This document shows positions 27,866 to 36,635 of a stretch of DNA of 64,000 nucleotides, one piece after another. The DNA lies in NCBI GenBank assembly GCA_964445355.1, contig CAYUKQ010000001.1, forward strand, positions 12,277-76,276, read 5' to 3'. A program made the position numbers and the translations under genes. The number at the start of each line of letters is the position of its first letter. The stretch's first letter is position 1. The DNA is from an uncultured Gammaproteobacteria bacterium (GTDB lineage: Bacteria; Patescibacteriota; Microgenomatia; CAYQLK01). The notes under the pieces are model-generated. The model was given only the letters and a program-made list of their open reading frames with translations. It was not told where the DNA came from and searched no databases.

Positions 27866-28348
27866 ATGGAAAAAAGATTATTTGTTGGTAATTTACCATT
27901 TTCAATGACTGGTGATGATCTAAGATCATTATTTTCAGAGTTTGGAGAAATTGTCTCTGCGGAAGTCGTGATCAATCGAATGTCTAACCGTTCGAAAGGG
28001 TTTGGTTTTGTTGAATTTGCAACCAATCAAGAAGCTCAAAGTGCGATTGATAAGCTGCATGAGACAGAACAAGGCGGAAGAAAGATAATCGTGGCTTTTG
28101 CTAAACCAAGACCTGAAGAGTCTCAGTCGGCCAATAATAACTCCGGTGCAAGTAATCTTCCTGCATCAGATGAAACTAATTACGAACCTGCTGCTCCGGT
28201 TGTCCCTGAAGAGGTTGTTGCTGACACTGCCGCTTCAAATGAGGAATCAGTAGTAAATGCCCAGAGTGCTATCGATTTAGACACTGACCCAGATGTCCAG
28301 CACGAAGATGCACCAGCGGACGATAACCAAACGACCCAAGAGTCTTAA
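27866..28348 (+). CDS. RNA-binding protein with RRM domain and acidic C-terminal tail
   Basis: RNP2 LFVGNL and RNP1 KGFGFVEF motifs. Confidence 0.85.
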   Translation: MEKRLFVGNLPFSMTGDDLRSLFSEFGEIVSAEVVINRMSNRSKGFGFVEFATNQEAQSAIDKLHETEQGGRKIIVAFAKPRPEESQSANNNSGASNLPASDETNYEPAAPVVPEEVVADTAASNEESVVNAQSAIDLDTDPDVQHEDAPADDNQTTQES

Positions 28349-28356
28349 AAAATAGT

Positions 28357-28968
28357 TTGAACTCTAATATCAAACCAAATAGCCAGCTCAGAACTAAATT
28401 AACTAAACATCATGGTGTTTTGGTTTTTGGAGTTATATTGGTTATTATTTCGTTGATTTTGACAATCTTAACTATTCGTTCCCGCAGAGTCTCAGAGGCC
28501 GTAATAGATGACACCAGCCAGTCTCAGACCACTGATTCGACCACTCCACCCACCTCGCCAGTTCGAAAAATCAACACTAGTCTTAGTCCACTTCAGTCAA
28601 AAAACTACAATGACTATGGACTGACTTTTTCCATCCCGAATACTTGGTTTGAAAGTGAAAATACAGTTACTCCCAACCTTTATGTCTCATTCAAAAAAAC
28701 TGATGAAGCAGATATTGTCATTTCTACAGCCAAAAGCTATGTTGGTCATGGAGTCGAAGGTGAATTTGTCTCTAAAGAAAAAATCAGCGTTTCCGACTTG
28801 GAAGGGGATATTCAAATATGGGAAGAGCCACAAAAAGTACGCACAATAATCGTTAATAATTTGGAAAAAGGCGGGTTATTCTATACATTCGAAATATATA
28901 TTTATCAGAATTTTGAAACAAACGAAACAGATTTTCGCGACCTGGTCAAATCAATTAAATTCCACTGA
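28357..28968 (+). CDS. Hypothetical membrane-anchored protein
   Basis: N-terminal TM (VLVFGVILVIISLILTILTI). No recognised domain. Confidence 0.5.
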   Translation: MNSNIKPNSQLRTKLTKHHGVLVFGVILVIISLILTILTIRSRRVSEAVIDDTSQSQTTDSTTPPTSPVRKINTSLSPLQSKNYNDYGLTFSIPNTWFESENTVTPNLYVSFKKTDEADIVISTAKSYVGHGVEGEFVSKEKISVSDLEGDIQIWEEPQKVRTIIVNNLEKGGLFYTFEIYIYQNFETNETDFRDLVKSIKFH

Positions 28969-28976
28969 TAAAAAAT

Positions 28977-29204
28977 TTATCTCCGAAACACCTTTACACC
29001 CATGGCCGCAAGCAGGATCCAAACAATAATTGCAATAATCCAAAAGAAAAAAACAAAGCCAAAATTATACTTAGTAAAAAAAAGCAGAGCCGGTGTTAAA
29101 ATACCAACGATCAACAAATATAATATTAACGAATACAATTGATCGTATCGCTTTACATAAAACCACGCTTTTTCGTAAAACAGTGACCAAAAACTACTAA
29201 ACAT
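28977..29204 (-). CDS. Hypothetical small membrane protein
   Basis: 75 aa, two hydrophobic helices. Confidence 0.4.
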   Translation of the reverse strand: MFSSFWSLFYEKAWFYVKRYDQLYSLILYLLIVGILTPALLFFTKYNFGFVFFFWIIAIIVWILLAAMGVKVFRR

Positions 29205-29230
29205 ATCTCAAACTCAACTATACTTAACTC

Positions 29231-30307
29231 ATGACTTTTATTCAAAACTACAATCAGTTCCTCGGTGAGTTTAACCCTTTCTTGGAAAGATATCTCTCAA
29301 CGCTTCAAAAAACTTCCGACAGTATGCACGATAGTGCACAATTATTGATTGATATTTCCTCACAAGCAGTCAATAGTTCCGGTAAACGGCTTCGCCCGTT
29401 TCTGGTTGCTCTTGGCTATCAAATTGCTTCAAGTCAAACTGAAGTTTCGAATGAAGTTTTAAAAGCCGGGCTTATTTCTGAGATATTTCACTCATTTGCC
29501 TTGGTTCATGATGACATCATTGATCAGTCTGATACTCGTCGAGGGCAAAAAACTTCGCAAGTTCTATTCTCAGAGGAACACAAGGCCAAAAATTTTAAGG
29601 GAACTGATCAGCACTTTGGTACTTCGATGGCAATTTTAACCGGTGATCTGTTGATCGCTTATGCGACTAAGATACTTACAGATCTTAAATTTAGTCGATC
29701 GATTAAGGAAAAAGCTAGTCAGTGTTTTGCTGATATGTTTATTAACCTAATTATCGGACAGTACCAAGACGTTTATCAGTCATTTAATACCGATCGCCCG
29801 TCCAAAGAAATGATTTTATCAACATTAAGATGGAAGTCTGGCGAATATTCGATCGAATTCCCATTAAAATTTGGAGGCATACTCGGCGAGGCTGGTGATG
29901 GCTTGCTAGATTTCTATGCTAAGTTCGCTCAGCCCGTTGGAATCGCCTTTCAACTAAAAGATGATTTGCTTGGAGTTTTTGGTGATAGTACGTCAATTGG
30001 GAAATCCAATCTTTCTGATATTCGTGAGGGTAAAAATACACTATTAATTAATTATGCTCTGTCTGCTGCCAGTAATCAGCAGAAAAACACCCTTGACCAG
30101 ATCCTTGGTAATGTAAATGCTCAAGAAGAGGATCTCGAAAAGATAAAAACAATTCTCATTGAGACTGGCACAAAAAATAAAGTAGAGGAAGAGATTTCTG
30201 CAATGGTTCTTTCTGCACAAAGTTTAATAGAGCGATCCAAAATATCAAAAGATCATCAAGAAATTTTAAGCGGATTTGCAGACTTTATTATTAATCGTAA
30301 TCGTTGA
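29231..30307 (+). CDS. Polyprenyl diphosphate synthase (trans-isoprenyl diphosphate synthase; GGPP/FPP synthase-like)
   Basis: First Asp-rich motif LVHDDIIDQSDTRRG and second motif FQLKDDLLGVFGD. Confidence 0.85.
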   Translation: MTFIQNYNQFLGEFNPFLERYLSTLQKTSDSMHDSAQLLIDISSQAVNSSGKRLRPFLVALGYQIASSQTEVSNEVLKAGLISEIFHSFALVHDDIIDQSDTRRGQKTSQVLFSEEHKAKNFKGTDQHFGTSMAILTGDLLIAYATKILTDLKFSRSIKEKASQCFADMFINLIIGQYQDVYQSFNTDRPSKEMILSTLRWKSGEYSIEFPLKFGGILGEAGDGLLDFYAKFAQPVGIAFQLKDDLLGVFGDSTSIGKSNLSDIREGKNTLLINYALSAASNQQKNTLDQILGNVNAQEEDLEKIKTILIETGTKNKVEEEISAMVLSAQSLIERSKISKDHQEILSGFADFIINRNR

Positions 30308-30330
30308 AATAAGCTATAATTAACCCGAAT

Positions 30331-30549
30331 TTGATTATGAAAATTACAGAAAATAAAAAAAGAAGATTCCAAAAAACAGATATTTACTGCGCTTTCTTGC
30401 TTTTAGCAAGCGGAATAATGAATGCTTTTCCCGGCCTGTTTACGCCAATTGTTCAAAGTATTGGCCTGGGCACAATTAACCTTCAGATCATTCTAGGTGT
30501 GGTTTCTGTTGTTTTGGCACTCTATCTGCTTTTAGAAAAGAGTCGGTAA
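30331..30549 (+). CDS. Hypothetical small membrane protein
   Basis: 72 aa, two TM helices. Confidence 0.4.
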   Translation: MIMKITENKKRRFQKTDIYCAFLLLASGIMNAFPGLFTPIVQSIGLGTINLQIILGVVSVVLALYLLLEKSR

Positions 30550-30555
30550 TTTTTT

Positions 30556-30867
30556 ATGAGTACTGTTTCTAAAAAAGATGTTGAGAAAATATTAACCGAG
30601 GTTATCGATCCGGAATTAGGGATCAACATGGTCGACCTTGGCCTATTATATGATATTAAGATTTCTTCCCAAAATCACGTTGATATTACAATGACACTAA
30701 CTACGCCAGGTTGCCCTTTGGGTAGTTTTTTTCGTAAAGATATTCGTGATAGGCTAGCACAATTAGAAGGAGTAAAAAGCAGTGATGTATTGATTGTTTT
30801 TGACCCTCCTTGGGATTTTAGCCGGGTTACAGATTCTGCCAAGGCTCAATTAGGATTCGTATCCTGA
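30556..30867 (+). CDS. DUF59/MIP18-family Fe-S cluster assembly protein (SufT-like)
   Basis: VIDPELGINMVDLGLLYDI...TLTTPGCPL is characteristic of DUF59. Confidence 0.75.
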   Translation: MSTVSKKDVEKILTEVIDPELGINMVDLGLLYDIKISSQNHVDITMTLTTPGCPLGSFFRKDIRDRLAQLEGVKSSDVLIVFDPPWDFSRVTDSAKAQLGFVS

Positions 30868-30868
30868 C

Positions 30869-31336
30869 CTAATCTTGTCCTAGCTTATCGTGCCACAAAA
30901 GCATCGATATTTTCCTGTACTTATCACTGTTCTTATCTCCGTACGTCCAGTGGTGAATTTTAGGTGATTTTTCGTCCGGACTATTACTGATTGCCAATCC
31001 ATTATCCAAATAGAATCCAATATGCTTATGCTCCATGCCGTCTGGGTAGATGATACCTTCCCAGACAATCACACAACCTTCTTTCGGCTCAGTTATTTGA
31101 TACCAGCCACCAGCTTCCAAATCCCTTATTGTTCCGTCCACTGTAGCATGGCGGTCATTAATCAATTTATGTAAATACAAAATTCCTGACACAAACTGCG
31201 CACAGCTTAGGTCTCCGTCGTCCAAAATATCTTTTTTGACTCCGTCTACTTCTGCCCAAAGATTCTTAAAAATTTTACTGCCTTCTGAGTTTTTGATTGC
31301 TGTAAGGTAGCTGAGTTTGTTTAGTATTTTTATCAT
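30869..31336 (-). CDS. Hypothetical protein, possible papain-like/NlpC-P60 or CHAP-like hydrolase fold
   Basis: Candidate Cys (GDLSCAQFV) and His (EHKHIGFYL) in the order expected for a Cys-His peptidase. Weak assignment. Confidence 0.35.
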   Translation of the reverse strand: MIKILNKLSYLTAIKNSEGSKIFKNLWAEVDGVKKDILDDGDLSCAQFVSGILYLHKLINDRHATVDGTIRDLEAGGWYQITEPKEGCVIVWEGIIYPDGMEHKHIGFYLDNGLAISNSPDEKSPKIHHWTYGDKNSDKYRKISMLLWHDKLGQD

Positions 31337-31568
31337 AAAGACATTTTATCAATTAATTCGTTAACTGGATTAGTTTCCACTCAAATTTATTCAAAAAATT
31401 ATAAGATAATTCATTATTTACGCCTTATTTTTTTTCTGATTTCAGCAATTTAGACTTGTAGTGTCAAGGAATTGTATTTATAGGTTATTAATTTTCACGC
31501 AATTTTATTTTCGGGTTAATTTCGTGTATAATACTTCTAAGGCTAGAACCAATTTTAACCCTTGACAC

Positions 31569-31615
31569 TTAACATATCTTGTAAATAAACTGGTCATATA
31601 CACAAGATATTGTAT
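31569..31615 (+). promoter_or_regulatory. Two tandem NrdR-box-like palindromes upstream of nrdR-nrdJ
   Basis: Box 1 acacaagatattgtat (31600-31615) fits the NrdR box consensus acaCwAtATaTwGtgt. Box 2 ttaacatatcttgtaa (31569-31584) shares the core atatcttgt with the reverse complement of box 1. Centres are about 30 bp apart, as usual for paired NrdR boxes. A TGTATAAT extended -10 lies at 31536-31543. Confidence 0.5.
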
Positions 31616-31704
31616 ATCTTGCTGAAAATACATCGAGGTGTTTAAAGCAACTTAAAAAACAAAATAAGCTTTTTTAATCACCTTGTTTTCACGCTTACAA
31701 ACTC

Positions 31705-32190
31705 ATGAAATGTCCGTTCTGTTACTCAAGTTCCAGCAAGGTCATCGATAAAAGAGAGTCGGATGATAAAAGAACAACTAGAAGACGTCGGCAGTGTCTT
31801 AAGTGTTCCAAAAGATTCACGACTTTTGAACGTGTCGAGACCATTGACTTGCTTGTTGTCAAAAAAGACGGCCGACGAGAACACTTTGACCGAAATAAAC
31901 TCAGATCAGGTATCGTCAAAAGTTGCGAAAAAAGACCCGTACCTGCAGAGATGATCGAATCAACAGTCGACAAAATCGAAACAGAGCTTCGCAAGCTCAC
32001 TGGCAATGAGATCCACTCCAAGAAACTAGGCGATTTGGTAATGAAACACCTCAAAAAAGTCGATGAAGTTGCCTATATTCGTTTTGCTTCGGTCTACCGG
32101 CAATTTACTGATCTTAATGATTTTGAAAAAGAACTCGCGTCTTTAACCAATAATCTAAGAGCTCGTAAAGCCTCGACTACCAAGAACTAA
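31705..32190 (+). CDS. nrdR: Transcriptional repressor NrdR
   Basis: MKCPFCYSSSSKVIDKRESDDKRTTRRRRQCLKCSKRFTTFERVE: Zn ribbon plus ATP-cone, canonical NrdR. Confidence 0.9.
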   Translation: MKCPFCYSSSSKVIDKRESDDKRTTRRRRQCLKCSKRFTTFERVETIDLLVVKKDGRREHFDRNKLRSGIVKSCEKRPVPAEMIESTVDKIETELRKLTGNEIHSKKLGDLVMKHLKKVDEVAYIRFASVYRQFTDLNDFEKELASLTNNLRARKASTTKN

Positions 32191-32282
32191 AAAGCTGATT
32201 TTGTTTCCTGCTTAGGATAATTTTTCTACGCAGAACAAGTTGTGTCTATAAAAATAAAAGTCAAAAAAGAAAGGAAATCGAA

Positions 32283-34949
32283 ATGGCGTTGCCAAAATCA
32301 AAACTGAAGGTTAAGGATCTGCAAAAATTTGGTAAAGAAATACCCGCACCTCCAGCTGATCTTCCCGAGCCAGGCCTTTCAGAGAATGCTGCCTATATTG
32401 CCAAGACCAGATACGCTTTTCGTGACGAAAACGGTACTCCGATTGAAGGTCCTAAAGAAATGTTCTGGCGCGTAGCTTACAACATCGCCACCGCAGACCG
32501 TAATTACAATGGTAATTCCACCAGTAAAACCCTAGAAACCGCGCGCAAATTCTACAACATGATGGCCTCCCAAGAGTATATTCCCAACACTCCAACCATG
32601 GTTAATGCTGGTAAACCCAATCAGCAGCTTTCAGCCTGTTTCGTTTTGCCGGTTGAGGATAGTATGACTGCTATTCTCAAGACCATGAGTGATATGGCGA
32701 TGATTCACAAGAGTGGTGGCGGAACCGGATTCTCTTTCTCACGCCTCAGGCCGTACGGAGATGTCATCGGTTCGTCGCGTGGTACCACCGTTGGTCCGGT
32801 ATCGTTTATGCAAGCTTACAATGATGTAACCACCCAAATTAAACAAGGCGGTGTCAGGCGGGGAGCAAATATGGGTATCCTTCACATTACCCACCCTGAT
32901 ATTTTGAGATTTGCAGTTCACAAAGTTGATGAATTTTCTTTAACCAATTTCAATATTTCGGTCACTGTTACCGAAGATTTTATGGAGACCGTTCGTTCCG
33001 ACAGTCGCTTCATCGAAGGCGATGAAAGCCTTAATGTTGAAGAGTTAGAAGAGATCGTTTCAGAAATTAGGGCCGCACAAGCTATCAGAGATGTTGATCT
33101 GAAACTTGTTAAGGTCGAAGAGGGTGTCAAAAAACTTTACGAACTTACCAAGGCTACCCAGGAGGGTGAGGGATACGAGCTTATTAATCCGCGCACCAAT
33201 CAAGTCGCCGGCAAACTAAACGCCAAAAAAGTCTTTGACCTCATTACACGTCTTGCTTGGCAGTACGGTGATCCGGGTATGATCCTCATCGATCGGATCA
33301 ACAATTCACGCGCCAATCCCGTGCCCCGATTCGGCATGATTGAAGCAACCAATCCTTGTGGTGAACAGCCGCTCCATCCTTACGACGCGTGTACACTAGG
33401 CTCGATCAATCTTAATAAATTCCGCAAAGGCAAAACAATTGATTGGGATAGGCTAAAAGATGCGATCCATGAAAGTATTCACTTCCTGGATAATGTTTTG
33501 GATATGAATGAATATCCGCTCCCCGAGATCCATAGAACTACCAGAGCAATCAGGCGCGTAGGTTTAGGGGTGATGGGTTTTGCTGATCTGTTAGCAGGGC
33601 TCGGAATCGGTTATAACACCGATGAGGCTTTTAAAAAGGCTGAAGAGATCATGAAATTTTTCCAGGAAGAGAGTGATAATGCCTCAGAAGATCTTGCTAA
33701 GATCCGTGGCAACTTTGGTGCTTACGAAGGATCGATCTATGATGGTGTTCGCCCAATGCGCAACGGCGCAAGAACCACAATTGCTCCCACCGGTACTATC
33801 TCAATGCTGGCCGACTGTTCCAGTGGAATTGAGCCTCATTTTGCTTTAACTTATGCAAAAAATACTGTTGAAGGCAAAAGACTCTTCAATACCATTGAGG
33901 AATTTGTTAAGGCAGCCAAAAAAGAAAACATTTATTCTGACGAATTACTGGAAAAGATTCAGGACAACAAAGGTTCGGTTCAGGGGCTCAAAGAAGTGCC
34001 TGAGAGTTTGCAAAAGGTTTTTGTTGTTGCCGGGGATATTAGTCCGGAACAGCACGTCAAAATGCAGGCAGCTTTCCAGCACTATACTGACAATGCTATT
34101 AGCAAAACCATCAACTTCAATAACGACGCAACAGTAGAAGATGTGCGTAACGCTTATTGGCTAGCCTACGAACAGGGATGTAAGGGGATCACGATCTACC
34201 GCGACGGGTCACGCGACAAGCAGGTTTTGGAAACCAAAAAAGAGGATTCTTACTATGATCAATTAGCCGGTAAGAAAAAATCCGCAAACAATAGTGCTGA
34301 ACAACCGCATTTCCCGATCTTGCCGATTCGCAAACCCACGCCATCCGAAGCTTGGGGAATGCGTATCAGAAAACCTTCCGATGTCGGAAATGTTTATACA
34401 TCAGTATTCCGTAACGCCCAAAACGAACCGGTTGAAGTCTTTGTTAATATCGGAAAATCCGGCGCTTATGTTTCAGGCGCTGCAGAGGTTACGGGAAGAT
34501 TAGGGTCTCTTGCTTTGAAATACGGTGCAAGTTTGGAAGAAGTGGCTTCTGAACTGGTTGGTATCAGCTGTGGAACGCAATACGGCGTAGGCCCGAACGC
34601 AATTTATTCAGCTTTTGACGCAGTCGGTAAGTCCCTTATTGAGATTGCTACTGCCAAACAGCTTAATTTGCTTTCTCAGGATCTGATTTCTCAAGACGAA
34701 AAACCCGTTTCTGCAGACGACAATCTTTCTTCGTCCAACAGCCACACACGACCCAGCTCTGGTACGGTTGTACAAGAGTCTTTGATCAAAGAAGAGCCGT
34801 TGGCACTGGAAATTAAATCGCCTCTGGAGCACAAGGTTGTCACTCTCGATATCAACAACTCGTGTCCACAGTGTGGTAGTCCGCTCGCCTTCAAAGAAGG
34901 ATGCAAAAGCTGTATTAATCCGCTTTGCGGCTGGTCCAAATGTAGCTAA
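32283..34949 (+). CDS. nrdJ: Ribonucleoside-diphosphate reductase, class II (adenosylcobalamin-dependent), with C-terminal Zn-ribbon
   Basis: Active-site NPCGEQPL, 888 aa. C-terminal CPQCGSPLAFKEGCKSCINPLCGWSKC. Confidence 0.85.
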   Translation: MALPKSKLKVKDLQKFGKEIPAPPADLPEPGLSENAAYIAKTRYAFRDENGTPIEGPKEMFWRVAYNIATADRNYNGNSTSKTLETARKFYNMMASQEYIPNTPTMVNAGKPNQQLSACFVLPVEDSMTAILKTMSDMAMIHKSGGGTGFSFSRLRPYGDVIGSSRGTTVGPVSFMQAYNDVTTQIKQGGVRRGANMGILHITHPDILRFAVHKVDEFSLTNFNISVTVTEDFMETVRSDSRFIEGDESLNVEELEEIVSEIRAAQAIRDVDLKLVKVEEGVKKLYELTKATQEGEGYELINPRTNQVAGKLNAKKVFDLITRLAWQYGDPGMILIDRINNSRANPVPRFGMIEATNPCGEQPLHPYDACTLGSINLNKFRKGKTIDWDRLKDAIHESIHFLDNVLDMNEYPLPEIHRTTRAIRRVGLGVMGFADLLAGLGIGYNTDEAFKKAEEIMKFFQEESDNASEDLAKIRGNFGAYEGSIYDGVRPMRNGARTTIAPTGTISMLADCSSGIEPHFALTYAKNTVEGKRLFNTIEEFVKAAKKENIYSDELLEKIQDNKGSVQGLKEVPESLQKVFVVAGDISPEQHVKMQAAFQHYTDNAISKTINFNNDATVEDVRNAYWLAYEQGCKGITIYRDGSRDKQVLETKKEDSYYDQLAGKKKSANNSAEQPHFPILPIRKPTPSEAWGMRIRKPSDVGNVYTSVFRNAQNEPVEVFVNIGKSGAYVSGAAEVTGRLGSLALKYGASLEEVASELVGISCGTQYGVGPNAIYSAFDAVGKSLIEIATAKQLNLLSQDLISQDEKPVSADDNLSSSNSHTRPSSGTVVQESLIKEEPLALEIKSPLEHKVVTLDINNSCPQCGSPLAFKEGCKSCINPLCGWSKCS

Positions 34950-34966
34950 TAATTAGCCTGTAGTAT

Positions 34967-34995
34967 TTGACTTTTAGCTTCAAATCTGGTATAAT
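34967..34995 (+). promoter_or_regulatory. Consensus-like sigma70 promoter TTGACT-17-TATAAT in AT-rich DNA immediately upstream of a GC-rich ORF
   Basis: TTGACT 34967-34972, 17-nt spacer, TATAAT 34990-34995. SD GGAGG 35021-35025. TTG start 35032. Confidence 0.5.
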
Positions 34996-35031
34996 TACCC
35001 TTAAGAAAATTAACATTTCTGGAGGTTAGTT

Positions 35032-35370
35032 TTGCCTGCTCATACACTCCCAATCTATCAGGTTCAGTGTCTTTCGGGACACGTATACAACGCCGCAGTT
35101 GGTTCTCAGCTCGAGGCTGACTGCAAGCAGCGCGAGGAGGACGGCTTCATTGACGCCTTAATTCTGCCTCATGACGATTGCGAATATTGTCTCCAAATCG
35201 CAATCAAGAGCGCAATTCAAAACTACCGCGCACTTTGCGGAGATTGGGGTTGCGTTGGCGACTGTGGTGCCAAGTCTCCCGATCAATGTCGGGGAGCAGA
35301 CGACATCGATAAATATCGATCTTTGCTCACGGCCGCCGACAAGCGCAATCGTCTTCCCGAGACCGCCTAA
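35032..35370 (+). CDS. Small acidic Cys-rich protein (8 Cys), GC-rich ORF, unknown function
   Basis: 112 aa. Cys at CxxC (DDCEYC) and CGDWGCVGDCG clusters. About 60% GC versus 35-40% background. TTG start 7 nt after GGAGG. Confidence 0.55.
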   Translation: MPAHTLPIYQVQCLSGHVYNAAVGSQLEADCKQREEDGFIDALILPHDDCEYCLQIAIKSAIQNYRALCGDWGCVGDCGAKSPDQCRGADDIDKYRSLLTAADKRNRLPETA

Positions 35371-35383
35371 AAAGTTCGCACAT

Positions 35384-35420
35384 CTCCCCGCCTTAAAAAA
35401 GCGGGGAATTTTTTTTAAAA
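35384..35420 (+). terminator. Rho-independent terminator
   Basis: ccccgc-cttaaaaaa-gcgggg hairpin followed by a T-run (aattttttttt). Confidence 0.65.
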
Positions 35421-35494
35421 AATTTGACAATATTTACAAATATCCTATAATCCGAGACGGACTTTGTACCTTCACAAGGAGACAGTTTACGTCA

Positions 35495-36496
35495 ATGGCA
35501 AACACCTCAAGAGATTTGTGGGCAACTGCCCGCGCCATGGTCGAGCGACCCAAGGTCATCCTTGCGGCCGATGAATCGACCGGAACAATGGGCGACCGGC
35601 TCAGCTCGATCGGAGTGGAGAACACTCTCGAAGCCCGAACTGCATTCCGTCGCCTTCTCTTCTCAGCCCTGGGAATCGAAGGATACGTCGGGGCAACCAT
35701 CCTCTTCGAGGAAACGCTCGCCGATCCCGAACTGGTCGAACTTTTGACCAGCAAGGGTATCATTCCGGTGGTTAAGATCGACCGGGGGCTGGTCGAGTAT
35801 GGGGCTAAGGGCGAAAAGATCGTCCGCGGCTTCGACACATCGGAACTGATCCCGCGTCTCGAGCAGTACGCCAGGCAGGGTGCGAGAGCAACCAAATTCC
35901 GCAGCCTTTTCGGTATCACTGACGATGCTGATCAGCTACCGACACGCGAGTGCATCGCACTCAATGCCTTCGCTCAGGCTCAGTTTGCCAAGCTGAGCCA
36001 GGAGTTCGGCATGGTACCGATGGTCGAGCCCGAACTCGATTTCAAAGGTGCTCATGACATCCGGGTTTGCGAGGAGGCCTCGGACGAAGTGCTCGAGGCT
36101 GTTTTCGAGCAGCTCATGATCTTTGGGGTCGATCCGTCCGGCATGATCCTCAAGCCGTCAATGATCACCTCCGGCCAGAGCGCCCAGAGCCGCGCTTCAG
36201 CAAGCGAAGTTGCGACTCGGACCTTAAGCACGATGCTTCGATGGGTCCCGAATGTGATCCCAGGCATTGCTTTCTTGTCTGGCGGTCAGTCGGACGAGGA
36301 AGCCGATGAGAATTTGGCCGCCATCGCCCGGCATGGTCGCGAACAGATGTCGCCGTACAGGTTCACTGCCTCCTTCGGCCGTGGACTTCAACGCCGCGCA
36401 CTCAAAGCGTGGGGAGGCCAAGAGGCAAACACCGAAACGGCCCAGCAGGTGTTCATCGACAAGTGCCGCGAAACCAGCGAAGCTAGCGTCGCCTAA
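35495..36496 (+). CDS. fba: Fructose-bisphosphate aldolase, class I (Schiff-base type), GC-rich ORF
   Basis: ILAADESTGTMGDRL, KIDRG (Lys-containing strand), ILKPSMI and FLSGGQS motifs of class I FBA. ATG 35495 preceded by AAGGAG. The ORF-track ORF 35171..36496 begins upstream, inside the previous gene, terminator and promoter. Own near-consensus promoter TTGACA-16-TATAAT at 35424-35451. Confidence 0.75.
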   Translation: MANTSRDLWATARAMVERPKVILAADESTGTMGDRLSSIGVENTLEARTAFRRLLFSALGIEGYVGATILFEETLADPELVELLTSKGIIPVVKIDRGLVEYGAKGEKIVRGFDTSELIPRLEQYARQGARATKFRSLFGITDDADQLPTRECIALNAFAQAQFAKLSQEFGMVPMVEPELDFKGAHDIRVCEEASDEVLEAVFEQLMIFGVDPSGMILKPSMITSGQSAQSRASASEVATRTLSTMLRWVPNVIPGIAFLSGGQSDEEADENLAAIARHGREQMSPYRFTASFGRGLQRRALKAWGGQEANTETAQQVFIDKCRETSEASVA

Positions 36497-36510
36497 CACA
36501 AGTACCAGCT

Positions 36511-36548
36511 ACCCGTCCCGGATTTTATCCAGGGCGGGTTTTTTTTAT
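36511..36548 (+). terminator. Probable rho-independent terminator after fba
   Basis: Imperfect GC hairpin (acccgtcccgg...ccagggcgggt) followed by T9. Confidence 0.5.
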
Positions 36549-36635
36549 AACCAAAAATCAATCAGATTAAGAATTACACCACACGCTTACAAGCCGCACC
36601 GATTACCCAACAAAACCAAATTCATTTGAAGAACT

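Noticed and set aside
31337-31704. Cobalamin riboswitch upstream of nrdR/nrdJ
   Set aside because: The 370-bp leader is AT-rich and lacks the conserved B12-box (GCCACTG-like) and the GC-rich helices expected. NrdR boxes explain the regulatory content better.
35158-36499. Long minus-strand ORFs (35158..35430, 35434..35919, 36052..36267, 36224..36499) and plus ORFs 35562..35747, 36067..36309, 36267..36629 in the second GC-rich island
   Set aside because: Shadow ORFs typical of GC-rich DNA. The FBA and Cys-rich genes on the plus strand have motifs, SDs and terminators. The ORF-track entry 35171..36496 is the FBA frame extended upstream through the preceding gene, terminator and promoter, so the start was reset to ATG 35495.
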